64,000 nt of DNA from Anaerovoracaceae bacterium. Lineage in GTDB: Bacteria > Bacillota > Clostridia > Peptostreptococcales > Anaerovoracaceae. Shown one piece after another: positions 45,615 through 52,030 of this stretch (position 1 is the stretch's first letter; every line of letters starts with the position of its first letter). The notes below the pieces were generated by a model that ran no database searches, was not told the DNA's origin, and worked only from the letters and a program-made list of their open reading frames with translations. The DNA is taken from contig JAZUII010000013.1 of assembly GCA_045642105.1 (NCBI GenBank), positions 11,669 to 75,668 on the forward strand, read 5' to 3'. The position numbers were made by a program, and so were the translations under genes.

Positions 45615-47813
45615 TTATTCGCTCTTTGCGTGCTTATCTACATATTCTTTCACGATGTTGCCTTGTTGCATTTCCCACAAGCAGTAATACCTACCCTGCT
45701 TTGCTATCAACTCATCGTGAGTACCCGTTTCAATCACTTTGCCTTCGTCTAGAACAATTATCTTATCGCAATGTCTTATAGTGCTTAATCTGTGTGCTAC
45801 TATTAGCATTGTTTTGTTCGGCAGCTTGTTATAGATAGTGTCGAAAATCACATTCTCCGTTCCGAAGTCAAGGTTACTGGTGGATTCATCGAGAATGAAC
45901 AAATCCGCATCTTTAAGAAAAGCTCTTGCAAGTGCTAGCCTTTGCCGCTCTCCTCCACTTAATCCCTGCCCTGCTTCTTCAAGATATGTGTTCATCTGCA
46001 ATGGCTGTTTTCTTATAAAGTCCTGAGCATCTGCCATAGCCAGAGCTCTTGTTATCTCAGATTCTGTTGCATTTGGTTTTACCATTGCAACATTTTCGTA
46101 GATACTCTTGGAGAAAAGTTGGATATTCTGCGGAACAAGCGAAATGTTCTTCCTCAAACACTGCGGAGATATCTCATTCAAGTTGATTCCGTCAATTGTA
46201 ATCTTGCCATTTTCTATTTCATAATATTTGAGTAGCAATTTAACTATCGTGGATTTACCGCTTCCACTTGCACCAACTAGTGCAGTTTTCTTGCCGTGTT
46301 CAATCATGAAAGATACATTCTCAAGTGCAAGATTTCTGTTTCCATATCTAAAAGATACATTGTCAAGTTTAATATCGCCGTTTAAACTGCACTTATCTCC
46401 AGACTCGCTTGGAGTAGTCTCTTTTTCATATTCCAGAATTTCTGCAATTCTCTTCATCGAAATCTGTGCTTCCTGGATATCCAGCTGTAATCCCACCAAG
46501 CTTCCAACAGGCTCCATGAAATAGCTTGTTAGGGTCATAAATGCCATAAGTGAACCTATCGTTAGGTTTCCATCTAGTACCTGTTTAATGCCAAAGTACA
46601 TGATGAACAGGTTGCCGATTGTTCCGATGATATCGGAGATTGCACCCTGTATCGTGGATAGCCAGCCTTCCTTATATGCTATTCTTAGAGACCTTATGTA
46701 TTCTCTTTCAATGCCGTCAAGTTCTCTTCCCTCTGATGCATTGCCTTTGATGGTTTCTACTGCTTCAAGGCCCTCTATTATCTGTGAATTCAGAACAGAA
46801 GCTTGCTGCATCTGTTCCTGATTGATCTTCTTGTATGGCTGTTTGAAGATGAATACTAATACAATGCTTAAGAGTGTGAGTAGTGCTATTATTGCGAATA
46901 ATCCACTGTTCATTCTAAACAGGATCACGCCTGTTATAACTGCCATAGATACATCCATAATTAGCGTCAAGGCTATGTTGGTAAATATATCCTTTATGGT
47001 AAATGCATCCGAGAATCTTGTTATTATGTCTCCCGTCTTCCTTGTTGCAAAGAACCTCATCGGCAGCGAATAGATATTCTTGAAATATCCGAGCATTAAC
47101 GGAATATCTATTCTCTGTGACAGATGCAACATTATCCAGCTACGGATAAAGCCTATGAGTGTCTGTGTGAATGCGACCAACGAGAAAATTATCAGGCTGG
47201 ATAGCAGAAGTTTATCCAGTCCGTATGGGAGAACCTCATCCATTATTATCTTGTTAAACAATGACGATACTATCCCAAGAACAGTCATCATCAGCGATGC
47301 CAATATTGCAAAGATAAATAGTTTCTTTTGAGGTATGAGTAGCGCTACAAATCTCTGAAATGTTGACTGTCCGTCTATCTTACCTGTTTTAAATCCGTCA
47401 TTAGGGCTTAATATGAGAAGTGCGCCGGTAAATCTCTTGAGAAAATCTCCTACTGCTATTTTCTCTATTACTTCTTTTCCCGGATCTCCTACAGTAACTT
47501 TGTCGTTCTTGATCTTATAGATAACAACGAAATGGCTTAGACCTTCTTTGGTAATGATGTTCGCTATACATGGAAGCGTGTATTTACTGAGAAAGCCTTC
47601 TTTATCTACTCGTACTGCCTGATTGTCAAAGCCGAGCTTTTCTGCACACTTACTGAGCCCGATAAGGTTAGTCCCTTTTAAATCTGTTCCCATCATGTCT
47701 CGTAGCTTTGTGATGGTAGTCTCTTTCTTATAGTACAGACATACCATCGCCAAACATGCTGCTGCGCAATCTGTCATGTCATGTTGTTTAACTAACCTAT
47801 ATTTTCTATTCAA
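45615..47813 (-). CDS. peptidase C39 domain-containing bacteriocin ABC transporter
   Basis: N-terminal VKQHDMTDCAAACLAMVCLYY (C39 Cys), 6-TM domain, Walker A GASGSGKST, signature LSGGERQ. TTG start with GAGGA RBS. Confidence 0.9.
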   Translation of the reverse strand: MNRKYRLVKQHDMTDCAAACLAMVCLYYKKETTITKLRDMMGTDLKGTNLIGLSKCAEKLGFDNQAVRVDKEGFLSKYTLPCIANIITKEGLSHFVVIYKIKNDKVTVGDPGKEVIEKIAVGDFLKRFTGALLILSPNDGFKTGKIDGQSTFQRFVALLIPQKKLFIFAILASLMMTVLGIVSSLFNKIIMDEVLPYGLDKLLLSSLIIFSLVAFTQTLIGFIRSWIMLHLSQRIDIPLMLGYFKNIYSLPMRFFATRKTGDIITRFSDAFTIKDIFTNIALTLIMDVSMAVITGVILFRMNSGLFAIIALLTLLSIVLVFIFKQPYKKINQEQMQQASVLNSQIIEGLEAVETIKGNASEGRELDGIEREYIRSLRIAYKEGWLSTIQGAISDIIGTIGNLFIMYFGIKQVLDGNLTIGSLMAFMTLTSYFMEPVGSLVGLQLDIQEAQISMKRIAEILEYEKETTPSESGDKCSLNGDIKLDNVSFRYGNRNLALENVSFMIEHGKKTALVGASGSGKSTIVKLLLKYYEIENGKITIDGINLNEISPQCLRKNISLVPQNIQLFSKSIYENVAMVKPNATESEITRALAMADAQDFIRKQPLQMNTYLEEAGQGLSGGERQRLALARAFLKDADLFILDESTSNLDFGTENVIFDTIYNKLPNKTMLIVAHRLSTIRHCDKIIVLDEGKVIETGTHDELIAKQGRYYCLWEMQQGNIVKEYVDKHAKSE

Positions 47814-47826
47814 CTGCTATTTCCTC

Positions 47827-47865
47827 AAAAAAAATCTTTCAGCAATAATATGTTATGCCGAAAGA
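47827..47865 (-). terminator. intrinsic terminator (riboswitch expression platform)
   Basis: UCUUUCGGC-13 nt-GCUGAAAGA (9 bp including one G-U) followed by U8. It abuts the RBS of the ABC transporter gene. Confidence 0.8.
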
Positions 47866-47962
47866 CCGCTTATTCCCATATTAGCGGCCAGGCTGTCATA
47901 CGCTGTTAGCGCTAAGACCCTATGACTTTGCGTCCCTGACTTTCATCAGGTTTGCCCAATGT
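47866..47962 (-). promoter_or_regulatory. c-di-GMP-I (GEMM-I) riboswitch aptamer candidate
   Basis: GGGCAAACC, then CUGAU-GAAA-GUCAG, then GGGACGCAAAG, then helix GUCAUA...UAUGAC, then AGCCUGGCCGC. Order and core sequence match the GEMM-I consensus as I recall it. Confidence 0.75.
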
Positions 47963-47978
47963 TTACTTTTATATATTT

Positions 47979-48008
47979 ATTGTACCATGTTGAATTAACT
48001 ATAATCAA
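47979..48008 (-). promoter_or_regulatory. sigma-A-type promoter for the riboswitch and bacteriocin operon
   Basis: TTGATT-18 nt-TACAAT on the minus strand, about 15 nt upstream of the aptamer. Confidence 0.5.
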
Positions 48009-48037
48009 TGATAGCAAGCAATCTTTAATATTGCTGT

Positions 48038-48070
48038 AAAAAACAGCTGGTAGTCTTTTGACCACCAGCT
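48038..48070 (-). terminator. intrinsic terminator after the relaxase gene
   Basis: agctggt-12 nt-accagct followed by U6 on the minus strand, 5 nt after the TAG stop. Confidence 0.7.
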
Positions 48071-48075
48071 TCCAA

Positions 48076-49035
48076 CTAACGCTCCAAGTCTATTTCTTTC
48101 GCGCGGATTTCTGCAAAAATCTCCTTCGGAATTTTTCTGAGAAGTTTATCCTGTTCTCTCACTTGCCTCTCAAGTTTTCTGATCGTTACTTTATCCTCTC
48201 CGGCATTTTGTCTTTCATCATACAGCTCATCACGAGCATGTCTATATGCGTTATTGGCATCGTGAAGACTTTCAGAGAGATAGTCAATATGCTCCGATAC
48301 CTTATGAACTTCAGCGTGAAATCTATCCATTTCCGGTATCAGTGCAGCAAGTTTTTCGATTAACTCGTCTCTCTTTTTCCCAACGTTCATGAAATTCATA
48401 TCACCAAGTTCATTCAATATTTCCTGACACTGACGATCAAGAGCGTCTCCCTTTTTGAACAGCCAGGTCGGAATATGCTTGCGATGAGTCTCGATTGCGG
48501 AGCGTCCGCGTTCAAGGTCAGGCCACCGCTCCGACATGCAGTCGTGGAATTCTGTCTGCCATTCCGACAGCTTTTTCTGATTGCCGAGGATATCTTTTGC
48601 AGACAATCTGCCGTCAGAAGTAATCGGACAGAACGACAGATGCATGTGCGGAGTCTTCTCGTCCATGTGCACGATTGCAGAAATAATATTGTCTTTTCCG
48701 ATCCGTTCACTGATGAAGCCGAGTGCTCTTTCAAAGAATTCTTTCTTCTCTTCAGCGGGTAATTCATTCATGAATTCGGGTGATGCAGTGATCAAAGTCT
48801 CGATCATTATCACAGAATCTTTTCTCTTTCTGCAGCCTGCGTCTTTGATTTTCTGATTCAGTTCTTTAGTGTAAGTGTACTTCGGCGGATCGACCAGATG
48901 ATAATTCAGGTCAGCTTTTTCTATATCAATATCAGGATTGCTCTTGTAAGCTGCCTTCTTTCTTTCGTTGTGTCTCTCGCACGAAGCGACTGATCCACCT
49001 TTCCTTTTCTTAAATCTTAATATCGCAAAAGCCAT
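48076..49035 (-). CDS. MobV (Mob_Pre) family relaxase
   Basis: AGGAG RBS. MAFAILRFKKRKGGSVASCERHNERK N-terminus and HMDEKTPHMH (HxDExxPHxH) motif. Confidence 0.85.
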   Translation of the reverse strand: MAFAILRFKKRKGGSVASCERHNERKKAAYKSNPDIDIEKADLNYHLVDPPKYTYTKELNQKIKDAGCRKRKDSVIMIETLITASPEFMNELPAEEKKEFFERALGFISERIGKDNIISAIVHMDEKTPHMHLSFCPITSDGRLSAKDILGNQKKLSEWQTEFHDCMSERWPDLERGRSAIETHRKHIPTWLFKKGDALDRQCQEILNELGDMNFMNVGKKRDELIEKLAALIPEMDRFHAEVHKVSEHIDYLSESLHDANNAYRHARDELYDERQNAGEDKVTIRKLERQVREQDKLLRKIPKEIFAEIRAKEIDLER

Positions 49036-49077
49036 TATGATGACTCCTTTCTTCATTTATATTTACGTCGCCATCAG

Positions 49078-49170
49078 CCTCGATGGGTATGGTCAATGAC
49101 GCAAAATGACGCAAATGACGCTAATATATACCACGGGCAAAACCTTTAAGTTGCGTCATCCCCATCGAGG
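49078..49170. repeat. 10-bp inverted repeat enclosing ATGACGC iterons (candidate oriT or origin)
   Basis: cctcgatggg (49078-87) pairs with cccatcgagg (49161-70). ATGACGC occurs at 49096, 49106 and 49115, and inverted at 49153. Confidence 0.5.
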
Positions 49171-49391
49171 AAAACACCCGTAAAAGCTGCGGAGTGCCGC
49201 CGATAAAAATTGAAAGCGACATCTCCAGTTCGGCACCTGTATATGAGATCTGTGCCGAAGCTTTTATAACGGGTGTAACACACTAGACTTTGCAAGCAAA
49301 ATCCGTGTGCCGAGGGATACTCCCTCCGGACTCCCTGTAGCCTCAAGCTGTCGCTCAGGCTGGCATAAGTGCCTTTTATCAGTATGCGCAC

Positions 49392-50516
49392 TTATGCTTC
49401 GGGCAGTAGACAACTACTGCCCGTGATACCATCTGAAGAGAATGACGCCGATTTCTTTAAATAACCGCTATTTGAATTTGCGTCATTGCCGTCATTTGCG
49501 TCACCGCGCCTCTTCTGATCAGGCAAGCGTCTCAGCGTTATCAACCGCGCTTCACTGGTTCTTCTCATCATCAGCTCGACATTATAGTCATGTTTGATTT
49601 TGTCAACATTCGGATTAAGTCTTCTTGTAAAAGAACTTGGCATCATGCTATCTTCACCGAGCACTCTCATCATCTCAGTTGCAGTTCCTTCCCAGTAGGT
49701 TCTGTCACCCAGTACGTCTTCCATTATTTTATCGAGGAATGGATCCTTAGGTTCATCCCACAATTCTCTTTCAATCGACTCAAGTTCCCAGTTTAGATTC
49801 TGTCTGTTGAATTTCATGTTGAGCCTCATATCCTGGATATCTCGGCTCACGACATTAAGAACGCCGTCGTCTCCGTGACGTTTTTCTTTTGTAAGAATAA
49901 AAGCCCCATCCGCCGAGCCGACCAATCCATTAGTTCCTGAGAGTTTGTCCAGAATATCCTCTGCGTCCATCTTCCTCGTATGGTGAACTATAAGTATGCT
50001 CACGTTCCTCCAGTCCGTTATCTTCTTGATAGATGATATAACTGCATAGTCATCTGCATATGACCCTCCGTCCGATGGTCTTGCCTTCTGTAAGGTGTCA
50101 ATGATGACAAGCGCCGTGTCAGGATGATCGTCAATAAACGCTTTAATCTGCTCCTCTAATCCTTCAGATATTTTCTCAGCACAAGTTGCAAAATGCAGAT
50201 TCTTTGTTGTTTCTATTCCGAACATTTTGTTCATTCTCTGCTGAATCCTCTGTTCATTGTCTTCGAGCGCCAGATACAGGACTGTACCCCGTCTTACTGG
50301 AAATCCCCATAAAGGAATTCCCATGCTTACATGGTACGCAATCTTCATTGCCATAAAAGATTTGCCGGTCTTAGGTGCCCCTGCGAGGAAGTTAGTTCCT
50401 CCATGTATCAGCCCATCAATCACCGGATATCTCGGGAAAAAGAAAGTGTCCATTATCTCTGCCGCTGTTCTTGTTTCGAGCGTGTTACTCGATGCTAAAA
50501 ATGTTTCGTAATCCAT
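49392..50516 (-). CDS. RepA-like/AAA_25 RecA-fold ATPase (element replication or processing)
   Basis: Walker A GAPKTGKS, Walker B LVIIDTLQ. The last roughly 40 codons run through hairpin and iteron DNA. Confidence 0.7.
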   Translation of the reverse strand: MDYETFLASSNTLETRTAAEIMDTFFFPRYPVIDGLIHGGTNFLAGAPKTGKSFMAMKIAYHVSMGIPLWGFPVRRGTVLYLALEDNEQRIQQRMNKMFGIETTKNLHFATCAEKISEGLEEQIKAFIDDHPDTALVIIDTLQKARPSDGGSYADDYAVISSIKKITDWRNVSILIVHHTRKMDAEDILDKLSGTNGLVGSADGAFILTKEKRHGDDGVLNVVSRDIQDMRLNMKFNRQNLNWELESIERELWDEPKDPFLDKIMEDVLGDRTYWEGTATEMMRVLGEDSMMPSSFTRRLNPNVDKIKHDYNVELMMRRTSEARLITLRRLPDQKRRGDANDGNDANSNSGYLKKSASFSSDGITGSSCLLPEA

Positions 50517-50526
50517 TGTGCCCTCC

Positions 50527-50727
50527 TTAATTGTTTTCTTTGATGTTTCTTGTCTTATACCAGTTGATTCTTGGTGAACTCAGTCCATGCCCTCTTTGAT
50601 GCTGCTGATTGTAAGGCTTCTTCTCATCATTCGCTCTGAGCCAATCTGTAACCGCTTGAATTTGATAGAGTTCTGGCATAATCGCCCTTACAAACATATT
50701 GATCTGCTTTTTACTTAGATTATTCAT
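50527..50727 (-). CDS. small hypothetical protein (possible excision or regulatory factor)
   Basis: 66-aa protein with AGGAGG RBS, the first gene after the leader terminator. No family recognised. Confidence 0.45.
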   Translation of the reverse strand: MNNLSKKQINMFVRAIMPELYQIQAVTDWLRANDEKKPYNQQHQRGHGLSSPRINWYKTRNIKENN

Positions 50728-50794
50728 GCTTACATCCTCCTTTCTGCTCTTGATCCTTGTTGCACTAACGAATCAGGCAGGCTTTGGAAGCAAT

Positions 50795-50819
50795 AAAAAA
50801 GCCGGCCTACATGACCGGT
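50795..50819 (-). terminator. intrinsic terminator at the end of the long leader or ncRNA
   Basis: CCGGUC-AUGUA-GGCCGG followed by CU6 on the minus strand, 68 nt upstream of ATG 50727. Confidence 0.6.
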
Positions 50820-51253
50820 TTGATTGCACAACAAATAAGGTGTATCAAAATGTCATGTAAGCCGACTACGGTTAACTACCATTAGTTGGATGATAAGTAT
50901 TCCTTCCTCCCCTTATCCGGGCGTCCGGACCCATTTCCGGAATCATTATCAGGAGGGAGTGTGCATCACTCCTCCACAGGAATTTAACCTCCCGAAGGAT
51001 CTCCTCGGGCCGCCCCATGTAGTATGTCAAGACGGGAGTATCATTGTCTTCCGGAGTTGTCATCGCACTTGAAGTTGCTAGCCTTCATTTTGGATATACT
51101 GTATTATCGCTCGTCCGCAAAACGGAGTCTCTGCGTACAGATCGCTCATGCTCACAGCGTTAACTGCATAGTCCGGAGAATGTTCCTGATAACGGCGTAT
51201 TCATAATTACACATCTGCTGAATTCTGTAACAGAAAAAACAGAACAAATGTTC
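50820..51253 (-). ncRNA. candidate structured leader or ncRNA (about 430 nt), unclassified
   Basis: No ORF longer than 63 aa. GC looks higher than the surrounding element. Several local hairpins (ggagggagtg/cactcctcc, cccgaagga/tcctcggg, ccgg.../ccgg). Bounded by a promoter with LexA box and a terminator. Confidence 0.35.
51242..51253. promoter_or_regulatory. LexA (Cheo-type) box GAACAAATGTTC
   Basis: GAAC-N4-GTTC immediately downstream of the minus-strand -10 hexamer. Flanks resemble the box at 28834. Confidence 0.55.
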
Positions 51254-51259
51254 TTTTTT

Positions 51260-51288
51260 ATAATAAACCTATGCATTAATCAAGTCAA
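51260..51288 (-). promoter_or_regulatory. sigma-A-type promoter (TTGACT-17-TATTAT) for the element's mobilization operon
   Basis: Hexamers at 51288-51283 and 51265-51260 with a 17-nt spacer. Confidence 0.55.
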
Positions 51289-51328
51289 GTACTTTCCCGA
51301 ACAAATTTTCTTTTTTGATATAATTGCC

Positions 51329-51357
51329 TTGACGATAATAAACAGAAAAGATATTAT
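51329..51357 (+). promoter_or_regulatory. sigma-A-type promoter (TTGACG-17-TATTAT) for the TA-recombinase operon
   Basis: Hexamers at 51329-34 and 51352-57. Confidence 0.55.
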
Positions 51358-51360
51358 TTG

Positions 51361-51376
51361 TGTGGGTTATCCCACA
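51361..51376 (+). promoter_or_regulatory. palindromic operator candidate TGTGGG-TTAT-CCCACA
   Basis: Lies between the -10 hexamer and the RBS of the antitoxin gene. A third half-site, CCCACA, follows at 51381. Confidence 0.45.
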
Positions 51377-51400
51377 TTCCCACACAAGGAGGATAAAGAA

Positions 51401-51649
51401 ATGGAAAATGCAATCAGGGAATACGACGCTAAGGTTGATTCAAAGAAAAGACTGACCTTGCGTGAAACACCTTTTGAATATTACCACGTTGAACACTACC
51501 CGGATGGAAGGATCCTTCTTCAGCCAAGACAGTTAGTCGAGCCTTTCAGCGTGTCTGAAAACACGCTCAATATGATGGATCAGTCAATGGAAAACCTCAA
51601 GAGCGGTATGTCAGGGGCTGCTGTAGATCTTTCGAAATTCGAGGAGTAA
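51401..51649 (+). CDS. AbrB/MazE/SpoVT-fold antitoxin-like protein
   Basis: AAGGAGG RBS. 82-aa protein. The VDSKKRLTL pattern is typical of the looped-hinge-helix fold. Confidence 0.55.
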   Translation: MENAIREYDAKVDSKKRLTLRETPFEYYHVEHYPDGRILLQPRQLVEPFSVSENTLNMMDQSMENLKSGMSGAAVDLSKFEE

Positions 51650-51652
51650 TCT

Positions 51653-52030
51653 ATGTACACTATCAGAATGGGTATTCCAGAAATGGATGCTTTCTGGTCA
51701 TCTCTTGAAAGCAAAATTGCTAACGAGACTGCTTCAAAAGATGAACTGAAACTATATAAGAAAATTGGTAAAGCATTGGTCCTCTTGGCAAATAATCCTC
51801 GTCATCCAGGACTTAATTCGCACGAGATAACATCTCTTTCTCGCAGATATGGGCAAAAAGTATGGGAATCTTATCTGGAGAATCAAACGCCTGCCGCAGG
51901 TAGATTGTTCTGGACCTATGGTCCGGGACAGGGCGAGATTACAATAATTGCTATTGAACCACATCCTAATGACAAATCGAACGCATATAAGAAGATAACG
52001 CTATCATCGATGGGAGAAATATTACAATAA
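51653..52030 (+). CDS. RelE/ParE-superfamily toxin-like protein
   Basis: 125-aa protein, 3 nt after the antitoxin stop. C-terminal ...RLFWTYGPGQGEITIIAIEPHP resembles the RelE/ParE core. Confidence 0.45.
   Translation: MYTIRMGIPEMDAFWSSLESKIANETASKDELKLYKKIGKALVLLANNPRHPGLNSHEITSLSRRYGQKVWESYLENQTPAAGRLFWTYGPGQGEITIIAIEPHPNDKSNAYKKITLSSMGEILQ

Noticed and set aside
49146-49391. 81-aa minus-strand ORF between the ATPase and relaxase genes
   Set aside because: It falls wholly in the hairpin and iteron region. It has no RBS and is Arg/Cys-rich, so it is better explained as oriT or origin DNA.
50872-51206. Three ORFs of 60-63 aa (50872-51063 minus, 50890-51072 plus, 51024-51206 plus)
   Set aside because: They overlap each other on both strands, lack RBSs and have odd composition. 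The region is treated as a non-coding leader instead.
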